Shown here in pieces: positions 1 to 9,222 of a stretch of 64,000 bases of DNA. The notes below the pieces were generated by a model that was not told the origin of the DNA, did no database searches, and saw only the letters and a program-made list of their open reading frames with translations. Origin of the DNA: an uncultured Ignavibacteriaceae bacterium (lineage in GTDB: Bacteria > Bacteroidota > Ignavibacteria > UBA10030); NCBI GenBank assembly GCA_964581115.1, contig CAZOMY010000001.1, positions 325,190 through 389,189 on the forward strand. The letters are read 5' to 3'. The position numbers were made by a program, and so were the translations under genes. The stretch's first letter is position 1. Each line of letters opens with the position of its first letter.

Positions 1-206
1 ATCTGCATCAGTTCTGCCGCCATCACGACGAATTCGCCCGCGATCTCGAGGTCGAGTTGCTGCATGTAGTGAATATAGCTGAGAAACTCCTTCGTGATCC
101 GTGCGATCGGAATGTCGTAGATATCCAACTCGTCCCGCTTGATGAAGAACAACAGCAGGTCGAGAGGGCCTTCGAAATCCTGGAGCTTGACGGCGTAAGT
201 GTTCAT
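1..206 (-). CDS. scpA: Segregation and condensation protein A (ScpA), N-terminal part; the gene continues off the left window edge
   Basis: Minus-strand translation from the ATG at 206..204 gives MNTYAVKLQDFEGPLDLLLFFIKRDELDIYDIPIARITKEFLSYIHYMQQLDLEIAGEFVVMAAELMQ. This matches the conserved ScpA N-terminus (FEGPLDLLL..I...ELDI.DIPIA.IT.QYL.Y...M..LDLE.AGE.LVMAA). It is absent from the ORF track because the window truncates it. It starts 14 bp downstream of the trpS stop. Confidence 0.8.
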   Translation of the reverse strand, partial: MNTYAVKLQDFEGPLDLLLFFIKRDELDIYDIPIARITKEFLSYIHYMQQLDLEIAGEFVVMAAELMQ

Positions 207-220
207 CGGTTCAATGCGTC

Positions 221-1171
221 TCAGCCGAGCTTCATGACCGCATGCACGCGGTCCATGGTCTCCGCGGCCACGACGCGTGCGCGCGACTCTCCGTCGCGCA
301 AGATCGCTCGGACCTCGTCGGGACTCGATTCGAAGCGCACCCGCCGTTCGCGGATGGGAGCGGTGGCCTCCACGATCCTTGCGGCGCAGCGCACCTTGCA
401 GTCGACACAGCCGAGCCGGCCCGACTCGCAACCCTCACGGATCTCGGCAACCTCGCCTGGATTGAACTTCTGATGATACGCAAAGACCAGGCAGACATCC
501 GGACGTCCGGGGTCGTTCCGTCGGACCTTTTGCGGGTCGGTCACAGCCGTGCGCATCTTCATCCGGATCTCTTCGGGGCCGTCGGAGAGCAAGATCGAAT
601 TGCCGAGCGACTTGCTCATCTTCTTGCCGTCGAGACCGGGGAGTCGCGGAAATCTCGTCACGCGTCCCTCGGGCTCGGGGAAGACCTCTCCGTACTGCGC
701 GTTGAACCGGCGGGCGATCTCGCGCGTGATCTCGATATGCGGCAGCTGGTCCTCTCCGACGGGCACCACCTCGCCGCGATAGAGCAGAATGTCCGCGGCC
801 TGGAGGACCGGATAGCCCAAGTGTCCATAGGCGATGGTTTCGAGCTCGAGGTCGCGCACCTGCTCTTTCAGGCTTGGGTTGCGCTCCAGACGCGCAGTCG
901 TGATGAGCATCGAGAAGAGCAGATGCAACTCGGCGTGTTGTTTCACCTGCGACTGGCGGAACACGGGGCTGCGAGCGGGGTCGATGCCTGCCGCAAGCCA
1001 GTCCACGACCATCTCGAACGAGTTCGCCTCGAGCGAACTCGAATCGGGGTCTGTGGTCAGCGCATGATAGTCGGCGATAAGATGGTAATTCTGAAACTCG
1101 TCCTGCAGGGCGACCCAATTCTCCAGGGCGCCGACGAGATGTCCGAGATGCAGCTTGCCCGTCGGGCGCAT
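221..1171 (-). CDS. trpS: Tryptophan--tRNA ligase (class I aaRS)
   Basis: 316 aa. The N-terminus GKLHLGHLVGAL carries a HIGH-like motif and the protein has a KMSKSLGNSI motif. Length and layout are typical of bacterial TrpRS. The ATG at 1171 was verified. The TGA stop is at 221. Confidence 0.92.
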   Translation of the reverse strand: MRPTGKLHLGHLVGALENWVALQDEFQNYHLIADYHALTTDPDSSSLEANSFEMVVDWLAAGIDPARSPVFRQSQVKQHAELHLLFSMLITTARLERNPSLKEQVRDLELETIAYGHLGYPVLQAADILLYRGEVVPVGEDQLPHIEITREIARRFNAQYGEVFPEPEGRVTRFPRLPGLDGKKMSKSLGNSILLSDGPEEIRMKMRTAVTDPQKVRRNDPGRPDVCLVFAYHQKFNPGEVAEIREGCESGRLGCVDCKVRCAARIVEATAPIRERRVRFESSPDEVRAILRDGESRARVVAAETMDRVHAVMKLG

Positions 1172-1275
1172 CCCGCTCAGAATGACCCGCTTCGTGGATG
1201 GTGTCAGGGGATTGATACTCCTTCGTGTGGATCCCGCCGACGGATCGCCTCACGGCGGCTGGCGACGGGGGTGTG

Positions 1276-1800
1276 TCAATTCATGAAGAGGTACGGCTTC
1301 CAGTGATCGTCGACGGACCCGACGAAGTGCCTCAGGAACATGACATGATTCGGCCGGATGGGCCGGCGGCGCAGGACCATGTTCGCCTCGTGAGGAGTCC
1401 GGTCCCCTTTTCGGTTGTTGCAGCCAACACAGGCGGCCACAAGGTTCTCCCACGTATCGTTACCCCCTCTTGCGCGTGGGATGATGTGGTCGACGGTCAA
1501 CGTCTGGTCGCTGCGCCCGCAGTATTGGCAGACATGCCCGTCGCGTCGAAGGACGTTCTTCCGCGAGAGCACGATCTTCTTGTACGGTACCCGCACATAA
1601 ACCGCCAACCGGACGACGCTGGGGAACGGCATCGAAGAAGAGACGGAGCGCAACCGTTTGCCGTCCGATGCGGCGATTAATTCAGCCTTTCCCAGCCAGA
1701 GCAGACCGATGGCCTTTCGGACGTTGCAGACGCTCAGCGGCTCGTAGTTGTGATTGAGCACGAGAACCTTACTACCCGAAAGCCCGACACTCCGATGCAT
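1276..1800 (-). CDS. HNH endonuclease family protein (conserved ~175-aa stand-alone HNH nuclease)
   Basis: HNH signature CQYCGR...LTVDHIIPRARGGNDTWENLVAACVGCNNRKGDR. The ORF-track start at 1911 is a TTG codon. The in-frame ATG at 1800 (MHRSVGLSGSKVLVLNHNYEPL) matches the usual N-terminus of this family. Confidence 0.7.
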   Translation of the reverse strand: MHRSVGLSGSKVLVLNHNYEPLSVCNVRKAIGLLWLGKAELIAASDGKRLRSVSSSMPFPSVVRLAVYVRVPYKKIVLSRKNVLRRDGHVCQYCGRSDQTLTVDHIIPRARGGNDTWENLVAACVGCNNRKGDRTPHEANMVLRRRPIRPNHVMFLRHFVGSVDDHWKPYLFMN

Positions 1801-1920
1801 CTCATATTTCGCGCTGAAGACCCTTCTCCTCCTGATGCAGGTTAGAGAACTTTGCTCAAACACTGGTTGAGGAACCTTTGGCTTCCTACGTAAAAAATAT
1901 AGCCCATTCAATCGCCAGAG

Positions 1921-3138
1921 TCAAGAATTCAGTCGTTTTTTGCGGTTTTTCTCATTCCTGATATCTCCGAGCGGTTGATACCTCTCACGGATCTCGGACA
2001 TGGAGTCTCCTCCGTACTTCTCAAGAAAGGAATTCCCCAAGACGGGAGCCACGACCGCTTCGGCAATGACGCCGGCGGCTGGGACTGCGCATGCATCGGA
2101 GCGCTCGTAACGCCCCTTCGAAGATCGGCCTGTTGCAATGTTCACCGAGGGCAGGGGTACCGCAAGCGTCGCGATCGGCTTCATGGCTCCGCGAAGTACG
2201 ATCGGTTCGCCATTCGTAACGCCACCCTCCAATCCTCCAGCGCGATTCGTGGCACGACCGATCCGGCCGGCACGAACGACGAAGGCGTCATGCACTTCCG
2301 AGCCGAGTCGTCGGGCATTCTCGAAAGCGTCTCCGAACTCCACACCTTTCACCGCAGGAATGGCCATGATCGCCTGCGCCAGGGCGCCATCCAGCTTTCG
2401 GTCGGCTTGGACATAACTACCGAGGCCGATCGGCAGGCCGGTCACGAGAACTTCGAAGATCCCTCCGAGCGTATCTCCCGCCTTGCGTGCGCGCCGAATG
2501 GCTGCGACGGCTTTGGCGGCAACGCCGGGGTCCAACATACGCACCTCCGAGCGGTCCGCCTCCTCCGTCACCTTGTACGCTCCGCATGAGGCGCGCGTGT
2601 ACTTCGCGATCTTCCGATCGACGGCCGACCGATCGTCAAGACGCACGGGGCCGATGGCCGTGACATGACTGCCGACGAAGATGCCGACGTCCTCGAGAAA
2701 CTTCCGCACGACCGTTGCACATGCCACGCGGATGGCCGTTTCCCGCGCGCTCGCCCGCTCGATGACGTTTCGAAGATCAAGATGCCGGTACTTGACGCTG
2801 CCGACATAGTCGGCATGCCCAGGCCGGGGAATGAGCACCGGCTCGACGCCCGCTCCGTCACCCTCCACTGCCAAGACACGGAGCCAATGCTCGTGATCGA
2901 TGTTCCGGATCTGCAGAACCACGGGAGCTCCGGTCGTGCGGCCGAACCGGACGCCTCCGGCGATTTCAACGCCGTCGGATTCGATGCGCATCCGACCGCC
3001 GCGTCCGTATCCCTGCTGACGACGCCTGAGCTGGTGGTCGATGTAACCCTTGGCGATCTCGAGGCCGGCCGGCAGACCATCGATGATCCCGGTCAGGACT
3101 CGACCGTGCGATTCACCACCGGTGAGAATGCGGATCAT
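1921..3138 (-). CDS. aroC: Chorismate synthase
   Basis: 405 aa. The N-terminus MIRILTGGESHG is followed by GRTTGAPV, GHADY and further chorismate-synthase signature regions. The ATG at 3138 was verified. Confidence 0.92.
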   Translation of the reverse strand: MIRILTGGESHGRVLTGIIDGLPAGLEIAKGYIDHQLRRRQQGYGRGGRMRIESDGVEIAGGVRFGRTTGAPVVLQIRNIDHEHWLRVLAVEGDGAGVEPVLIPRPGHADYVGSVKYRHLDLRNVIERASARETAIRVACATVVRKFLEDVGIFVGSHVTAIGPVRLDDRSAVDRKIAKYTRASCGAYKVTEEADRSEVRMLDPGVAAKAVAAIRRARKAGDTLGGIFEVLVTGLPIGLGSYVQADRKLDGALAQAIMAIPAVKGVEFGDAFENARRLGSEVHDAFVVRAGRIGRATNRAGGLEGGVTNGEPIVLRGAMKPIATLAVPLPSVNIATGRSSKGRYERSDACAVPAAGVIAEAVVAPVLGNSFLEKYGGDSMSEIRERYQPLGDIRNEKNRKKRLNS

Positions 3139-3240
3139 GTTCAGCGCTCCTTGCTCATTTCCTTCAGAGACCGTTCGTCGCTACCCGGCCCATCGGGAAC
3201 AACATACCGCGATTTCGATGCACTGGCAATCGCCGACATG

Positions 3241-3273
3241 AAAAAAGGCGCTCCGGAACCGAACCGGAGCGCC
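3241..3273 (-). terminator. Rho-independent terminator downstream of htrA
   Basis: On the minus strand: GGCGCTCCGG-ttcggtt-CCGGAGCGCC, a perfect 10-bp GC-rich stem, followed immediately by TTTTTT. It sits 30 bp after the htrA stop. Confidence 0.7.
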
Positions 3274-3302
3274 TTTGAGCATCGCCTTGGCCGCCTAAGC
3301 CG

Positions 3303-4841
3303 CTATCGAGGCTTCTCGACCGCGACAAAGCGGACGCGTTTATCCGTACCCTTGACACGCAGCATGACCGCATCACCAGCTTTCAGCCGGTCGACCGCCT
3401 CCTTGAATTCCGAAGGATCCTGGACGGCTCGGTCGCCGACCGATAGAATGACGTCTCCTTTTGCGAGTCCGCGTGCATTTGCGGGACCGAAGGGATCGAC
3501 CTCGTCGACAAGAACGCCCCGCTCCACGTCGTAGGTCTTGCGGCTGCGATCATCCAGTCCGCGCACCTTCATGCCCAACGAGGAGATCTCCTCAACGGAC
3601 GGCTTCGACTCGGCCGGTGCCGGCCGTCGCTCGGACGGCGCATCGCTTGCCGCCACGGTCGTCTCCTCGTCATCGCGCGGTTTGAGCGTCACCTTCTTTT
3701 CAAGCACCTTTTTGTTTCTGAAGAGCTTGAGCGTGACGGTCTCGCCCGGGTAACGACTCGCCACAACGCTCTGCAGGGCATTGGCCGTATTCACCTCGAC
3801 GCCGTCCACCGAAAGGATGATGTCGCCCAGCTGGAGTCCCGCCTCCTCACCCGCACTGTTCTTGTTGATGCCTTGGACGATGACCCCGCGGGCCTTCTCC
3901 AGTCCCGCCGCTTTGGCCGTCACGGCATCGACGTTCTGGATCTGCACACCGATGAAACCGCGTCGCACCTTGCCGTACTTGATCAGATCAGTAGCGACCT
4001 TCTTTGCCAGATTGATGGGGATGGCAAAGCTATAGCCCTGATAGCGGGCGTTCGTCGTGGCGATGGCCGTGTTGATGCCGATGACGCTGCCATTCACGTC
4101 GACCAAGGCACCGCCGCTGTTGCCCGGGTTGACGGCCGCGTCGGTCTGGATGAAGTTCTCGATCCCATATCCGGTGTTTTGATCGTCGATGATCCGGATC
4201 TGGCGGCCGAGGGCGCTCACGATGCCCTGCGTCATGGTCGAAGACAGGCCGAGCGGATTGCCGAACGCGAAGACGACGTGTCCGACCTCAACTTCGTCAG
4301 AATTGCCGAGCGCCGCGACGGGCAGATCGCTGGCCTGGACCTTGATCACGGCGAGGTCCGTGTACTGGTCTGTTCCCACCAACCGCGCCTGGAACTCCCT
4401 TGTGTCGGGCAAACGGACGGTGATGCCGTTCGCAGCCGCGTTCTCGATGACGTGATTGTTCGTCAGGATGTATCCGTCCGGCGTCAGAATAACGCCTGAG
4501 CCGGCGCCAAGCTCGGGTCCGCGACGAGGCATTCGGAACTCCGGTCCGAAGAAGCGGTGGAAGAACTGCCCGCCGCCATCTTCATCCGACTTCGCTTCCG
4601 GGTCCGTTTTGACCGTGATGTAGACGACGGTCGGATTCACATTCCGTGCGATCTCCTGGTAGGCATCGTTGAGTGCCTTCAGTGCCGCGCTAGCCTTCGG
4701 CGGTGCCTTCTGGCTGCCGATCGTGACGTCTTGTACGGCGAACGTCACGCCAACGCCCTTGATGCCTGATACGAGGATCACTCCAAAAACGATCCCGAGC
4801 GACACGAGAATGACCGCCAGGATCACCGAACGGGTCGACAT
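3303..4841 (-). CDS. htrA: HtrA/DegP-family periplasmic serine endoprotease with two PDZ domains
   Basis: Trypsin-like catalytic region with GNSGGALVDVNGSVIGINTAI, followed by two PDZ-like segments and an N-terminal TM/signal. The start was chosen at ATG 4841 (MSTRSVILAVIL). This ATG is preceded by GGAGGAAGCT, a Shine-Dalgarno sequence 5 nt upstream. The ORF extends to 4877 upstream. Confidence 0.9.
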   Translation of the reverse strand: MSTRSVILAVILVSLGIVFGVILVSGIKGVGVTFAVQDVTIGSQKAPPKASAALKALNDAYQEIARNVNPTVVYITVKTDPEAKSDEDGGGQFFHRFFGPEFRMPRRGPELGAGSGVILTPDGYILTNNHVIENAAANGITVRLPDTREFQARLVGTDQYTDLAVIKVQASDLPVAALGNSDEVEVGHVVFAFGNPLGLSSTMTQGIVSALGRQIRIIDDQNTGYGIENFIQTDAAVNPGNSGGALVDVNGSVIGINTAIATTNARYQGYSFAIPINLAKKVATDLIKYGKVRRGFIGVQIQNVDAVTAKAAGLEKARGVIVQGINKNSAGEEAGLQLGDIILSVDGVEVNTANALQSVVASRYPGETVTLKLFRNKKVLEKKVTLKPRDDEETTVAASDAPSERRPAPAESKPSVEEISSLGMKVRGLDDRSRKTYDVERGVLVDEVDPFGPANARGLAKGDVILSVGDRAVQDPSEFKEAVDRLKAGDAVMLRVKGTDKRVRFVAVEKPR

Positions 4842-4876
4842 AGCTTCCTCCATGACTGTACTTTTTGTGGCCCGCA

Positions 4877-5701
4877 TTATTCAGAATGTGCCACCTGTGA
4901 ATCGATCACTTCACGAACCAGTGAAGACGTACGCAACGGCGTCCGCTGTTCCAAGTGAAACCGCTCATACAAACGCAGGACGGTTTCCATTTCGTTCCGG
5001 GTGGCAGTGGGCGAGGGATCGCGGCCCGCCTCGGACAACGGACAGGATTGCAGTCGTTGCAGCACATCCAACGTTCCGCTCGAAATGAGCGTTTCAGACC
5101 AATCTTCACGGCCGCCGCTCCGCTGGAGAAGGGTGATCACGGCCTGTTCGCACTCACCGCACAGGGGACCGCCTTTCCTCACATGATATCGCAAACGGGT
5201 GGGCGCTGACGGAAGCACGTTCGTCCCGCAGCGGACGCATCGGGCGAACGACGGCGCGAATCCGAGTGCGCCGATGGACTTCCATCGAAAAGCGATCAGA
5301 ACATCCGCGAGGCCCTCGTCTTGTCGGTCAGCAGCACGGAGTCCGTCGATCAGGAGCTCATAGAGGTCCTGGTGCGGCTCTCCCGGATGCGTCGAAACGT
5401 TGACCACTTCGACCATCTGCAACATGGCCGCTGTGGCCGCGAGGGACGACGACAAGCGACGAAAACGCTCCACGAGGTCGGCCTGAGCCAGCGTCTGCAC
5501 TTCGCGCGTCTCGCGCGCATGGTACACCGCTACGATATGCGCACCGGGGTCGAGGGCAGATCCGAACCTTGCCTTTGCCGACCGGGCTCCTTTGGCTACG
5601 ACGGCGACCTTCCCATGGTCCCTTGTGAATAGGGTGACGATCTTGCTTGTGTCACCGTACCGGATTGCCCGAAGCACCACTGCCGGTGATTTGACGATCA
5701 T
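4877..5701 (-). CDS. recO: DNA repair protein RecO
   Basis: 274 aa. The N-terminal OB-fold region is MIVKSPAVVLRAIRYGDTSKIV. A C-terminal zinc motif, CVRCG...CGEC, is present. The ATG was verified. The gene overlaps the mtnA stop by 4 nt. Confidence 0.85.
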   Translation of the reverse strand: MIVKSPAVVLRAIRYGDTSKIVTLFTRDHGKVAVVAKGARSAKARFGSALDPGAHIVAVYHARETREVQTLAQADLVERFRRLSSSLAATAAMLQMVEVVNVSTHPGEPHQDLYELLIDGLRAADRQDEGLADVLIAFRWKSIGALGFAPSFARCVRCGTNVLPSAPTRLRYHVRKGGPLCGECEQAVITLLQRSGGREDWSETLISSGTLDVLQRLQSCPLSEAGRDPSPTATRNEMETVLRLYERFHLEQRTPLRTSSLVREVIDSQVAHSE

Positions 5702-6732
5702 CGTTGGGCTCCGGTTCCAGCCATGCTTTCGAGCTGCGATACGTCCGGCGGGCGAACCACGCCCCGGTCCGTTATGATCGCCGCAATGAGCGCCGCAGGG
5801 ACGACATCAAACGCCGGGTTATAGACCTCACTTCCCTCCGGCGCGACGCTGCGGCCACCGCATCCGCTCACCTCGGCAGCATGGCGCTCTTCAATGGGAA
5901 TGGCTGAAGCGTCGGCGGCAGTGCGATCGATCGTCGTACTCGGGGCAGCGACGATGAATGGAATACCATGAGCCCCGGCAAGGACGGCGAGCCCATAGGA
6001 GCCAACCTTGTTGGCCACATCGCCATTCAGGGCGATGCGATCGGCACCGACGATCACCGACCGGACCATTCGTCGCTGCATCAGCACGCCCGCCGTCGAA
6101 TCGGTGACCAGGGTATGCGGAACGCCCAGGCGCTTCAGCTCCCACGCGGTGAGTCGCGCTCCTTGGAGCAATGGCCTGGTCTCACCGACGTACACGCGGC
6201 TGATCCGTCCTTGTTCCCACGCCCGGAAGATGACCCCAAGGGCCGTTCCGATGCCTCCGGTCGCCAACATCCCCGTATTGCAGTGGGTCAGGACCGCTCC
6301 GCCTACCGGCAGCAGCGGCGCTCCCCGCTCTGCGATGCGCTCGCACGCCAGCCGCTCATCCTCGTGGATCGCGCGGGCCTCCCGTTCGAGATCCTCCACG
6401 TCGTTACGGGTCACGAGCGTGCCCGGTTGCACCGATCTGCGCATCCGGTCGATCGCCAAGGCCAGGTTGACGGCCGTCGGCCGCGCCGTGGCAATGGCTT
6501 CCCACTGCGTTTGCACCTGCTCCCACGGACGTCCGACGTTTCGCTGTGCGGCAAGCACCGCTGCGTAGGCGCCCGCGATACCGATGAGCGGCGCCCCGCG
6601 TATCGCCAGCTCTTGGATGGCACCAACGACGACCGACGGATCGTCGGTGTCGACCATGGCGGTCTCGTGCGGCAAACGCGTCTGGTCGAGAAAGCGGAGG
6701 TGCCGTTCATGCCATTCAAGCGGTTCGATCAT
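5698..6732 (-). CDS. mtnA: S-methyl-5-thioribose-1-phosphate isomerase (MtnA / eIF-2B alpha-beta-delta family)
   Basis: The start was chosen at ATG 6732 (MIEPLEWHERHLRFLDQTRLPHE). This is the typical MtnA start, following the pattern I.W....L.LLDQR.LP. GAPLIGIAGAY and other family regions are present. The ORF extends upstream to 6813. Confidence 0.8.
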   Translation of the reverse strand: MIEPLEWHERHLRFLDQTRLPHETAMVDTDDPSVVVGAIQELAIRGAPLIGIAGAYAAVLAAQRNVGRPWEQVQTQWEAIATARPTAVNLALAIDRMRRSVQPGTLVTRNDVEDLEREARAIHEDERLACERIAERGAPLLPVGGAVLTHCNTGMLATGGIGTALGVIFRAWEQGRISRVYVGETRPLLQGARLTAWELKRLGVPHTLVTDSTAGVLMQRRMVRSVIVGADRIALNGDVANKVGSYGLAVLAGAHGIPFIVAAPSTTIDRTAADASAIPIEERHAAEVSGCGGRSVAPEGSEVYNPAFDVVPAALIAAIITDRGVVRPPDVSQLESMAGTGAQR

Positions 6733-6825
6733 CGCTGGTCGCAGAGGTAGGCTGGAAGTTGAACCGGCCATTCTCCGCGCGAACAGAGAACGGCCGGCGT
6801 CGACAACGCTCAACGTCCGATCGGA

Positions 6826-7740
6826 TCATGCTTCATCGAACCGGGAGAGGTCCATGAACGCCCGGAACCGGTCCTGGATCTTGAGCGTCGATAGATCGCG
6901 CAGGCCGTCGACGCTGAAGCGCTCAACGCAGAAGGATGCCAGCGTGCTGCCGAAGATAACAGCGCGCTTCAAATTGGCATCGGACAGGTCATCTGTCTTG
7001 GCCAACCATCCAATGAACCCCCCGGCGAATGAATCGCCCGCGCCCGTCGGGTCGTACAGATTCTCGAGGGGATAGGCCGGCGCGGAGAAGATCGTCTCTT
7101 CGGTGACAAGCAGGGCACCGTGCTCGCCTTTTTTGATGATGACGATGCGCGGACCCATGCTCCGGATGACGCGGGCCGCTTTGGTGAGGTTCGGTTCGCG
7201 CGTCAATAAACGCGCCTCGGAATCATTTAGAATGAGGACGTCGATGACTTTGAGCGTTTCGCGCAACTCGTTCGGCGTCGACTCGATCCAGTAATTCATC
7301 GTGTCGCCGACAACGAGCCGCGGCTTGCTGATCTGGTCGAGGACCTTGCGCTGGAGACCCGGATGGATGTTGCCAAGACACACATACGCGCTGCGCCGAT
7401 AATTGTCGGGGATCTTCGGGTCGAAGGCGGAGAAGACGTTCAACTCGGTCAGAAGCGTGTCGCGGTTGTTCAGATCATAGTGGTAGCGTCCGGCCCAGCG
7501 AAAGGTCCTGCCCTCTTTCACCACCTGCAATCCGTCGAGGTCGATCCCCCGCTCCTCGAGAAAGCGCATATGCTCCTGAGGAAAGTCTCCGCCGACAACA
7601 CCGACACACCGGATGGGCTTGGTGAAGAAGGACGCCGCCGTCGAGATGTACACCGCCGAGCCGCCCAAGGCGTTCTCGACGCGACCGAACGGCGTCTCGA
7701 CGGAATCCAACGCGACAGAACCGACGACCAACAGACTCAC
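6826..7740 (-). CDS. PfkB-family (ribokinase-like) carbohydrate/nucleoside kinase
   Basis: 304 aa. It has the N-terminal GG-containing sugar-binding region and the C-terminal DPTGAGDSFAGGF motif of ribokinase/PfkB kinases. The start is GTG at 7740. Confidence 0.8.
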   Translation of the reverse strand: MSLLVVGSVALDSVETPFGRVENALGGSAVYISTAASFFTKPIRCVGVVGGDFPQEHMRFLEERGIDLDGLQVVKEGRTFRWAGRYHYDLNNRDTLLTELNVFSAFDPKIPDNYRRSAYVCLGNIHPGLQRKVLDQISKPRLVVGDTMNYWIESTPNELRETLKVIDVLILNDSEARLLTREPNLTKAARVIRSMGPRIVIIKKGEHGALLVTEETIFSAPAYPLENLYDPTGAGDSFAGGFIGWLAKTDDLSDANLKRAVIFGSTLASFCVERFSVDGLRDLSTLKIQDRFRAFMDLSRFDEA

Positions 7741-7759
7741 GGGCGATCCTTTCGAATAT

Positions 7760-8230
7760 TCAAGCTTCGGGCATCCGAGTGCGCTCGGCCAGGTCTGGCT
7801 GTGCCAGCAGGTCTTCTTCGAGATAGTCGATCAGTCTGCGATCGCCGGGCCACGCCACACAATGCCGGGCTTCGTCGGGGACGAGCCAGCGCGCGTCCTG
7901 ATGCTCCGAGGACAGCACGACGTCGGCGGACGGTTCGACCTCGGCGGCGAATTGCGGCGTCAGATGCACGGTGTCGGTCCGAGCGCCATAGAAACCGTTG
8001 ATGCCCGGAACGACCCACAACGCTCTGATCGGCAGTCCGGTCTCTTCGCGCACCTCGCGCCATGCCGCCGCGACCGCCGACTCGCCATCGCGGATCGTGC
8101 CAGTAACGAACTGCCAGAGGCCGGGATACAATTGTTCGTGGGCGGACCGCTGCACCAGGAGGATCTCGAGACGCGCCCCGCGATGACGGAACACGAGCAC
8201 TTCGACGAACGAGGACGCGATCGATGGCAT
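7760..8230 (-). CDS. Nudix hydrolase
   Basis: 156 aa. The Nudix box is GTIRDGESAVAAAWREVREETGL (G.....E.......REVREETG). The ATG was verified. Confidence 0.8.
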   Translation of the reverse strand: MPSIASSFVEVLVFRHRGARLEILLVQRSAHEQLYPGLWQFVTGTIRDGESAVAAAWREVREETGLPIRALWVVPGINGFYGARTDTVHLTPQFAAEVEPSADVVLSSEHQDARWLVPDEARHCVAWPGDRRLIDYLEEDLLAQPDLAERTRMPEA

Positions 8231-8274
8231 GGAAGATAGCCGAAATTGAGGCCGATTCCAATGAAGCGCGAGAT

Positions 8275-9222
8275 CTACCGATCACCGACCGCAGGGATCC
8301 CGAAGGCGGGCGTGGCCCGACGGACAGCATTGCGGACGGCCTCGGGGATCAGTCGTGCACCACACTCCGCGATGACGTCGAGGTCGGCCGTTTCGTGGCC
8401 GCACGACAGGGCGTAGGAAACGTCTCCGTCGTACGACGTATGCACCGGGGCGATCACACGTGCAAAACCGTCGTGCATGCGTTGCGCCACACGCAGGCAT
8501 TCCACTTTGCTGAGCCCGGCGTTGGTCATAAGGACGGCCAGTGTTGTGTTGGTACGGTCAAGGACGCGGCCACGCGCAAACGGCCGTAACGGGGACCGTG
8601 CGGCGGACCAGGATCCGTCCGGTTCTCGAGCTCCAGCCACGATCGTGCCTTGGTCATCGAGCACGTCGCCGACGGCATTCACGGCCACGACGACCTGCAC
8701 AACGAGCGCACCCTCGCGCCATTCAGCCGCTCCGAATCCGCCCCGCATGCGGCCTTCGAGCCCGTTCCATTTGCCGACCGTGGCACCGGTGCCGACACCG
8801 ATCGATCCTTGCACATCGACCACTGAGCGCGCCGCCTCGCACGCCAGACGCCCCTCTGCCGGCCCCGGCCGAATCTCCCGCGAACCGACGTTCAGGTCGA
8901 AGATCACGGCCGCCGGAACGATCGGCACGACTCCCCACGGCGTGCGGTAGCCCGTTTCGCGCTCCTCCAGCCATCGCATGACTCCATCCGCTGCGGCCAG
9001 TCCAAATGCACTTCCTCCGGTCAGGACAATGGCGTGCACCTGCTCCATCTTCTTGTCGACCGCCAGCAAGGACATCTCGCGCGAGCCGGGCGAGCTGCCG
9101 CGAACTTCGGCGCTGGCTATTGTCTGCGGTGGACAGAGTACGACGGTGCATCCGGTACCGTTCAAAGGGTCGGACCAATGGCCCACCCGGAATCCATCGA
9201 GAAGCTGGATCGTTTCAGGCAT
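8275..9222 (-). CDS. DmpA/OAT-family (peptidase S58, P1) L-aminopeptidase/D-esterase
   Basis: It resembles DmpA-type self-processing aminopeptidases (AIVLTGGSAFGLAAADGV, GVGTGATVGK). The start was chosen at ATG 9222 (MPETIQLLDG). The ORF extends upstream to 9270, where it would overlap trmH. Confidence 0.75.
   Translation of the reverse strand: MPETIQLLDGFRVGHWSDPLNGTGCTVVLCPPQTIASAEVRGSSPGSREMSLLAVDKKMEQVHAIVLTGGSAFGLAAADGVMRWLEERETGYRTPWGVVPIVPAAVIFDLNVGSREIRPGPAEGRLACEAARSVVDVQGSIGVGTGATVGKWNGLEGRMRGGFGAAEWREGALVVQVVVAVNAVGDVLDDQGTIVAGAREPDGSWSAARSPLRPFARGRVLDRTNTTLAVLMTNAGLSKVECLRVAQRMHDGFARVIAPVHTSYDGDVSYALSCGHETADLDVIAECGARLIPEAVRNAVRRATPAFGIPAVGDR

Noticed and set aside
242-1306. 354-aa plus-strand ORF antisense to trpS, plus nested ORFs at 57..473, 232..498 and 435..1253
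   Set aside because: High-GC shadow ORFs. They lie on the strand opposite a confidently identified TrpRS gene, have Arg/Ala/Pro-rich low-complexity translations and show no recognisable family.
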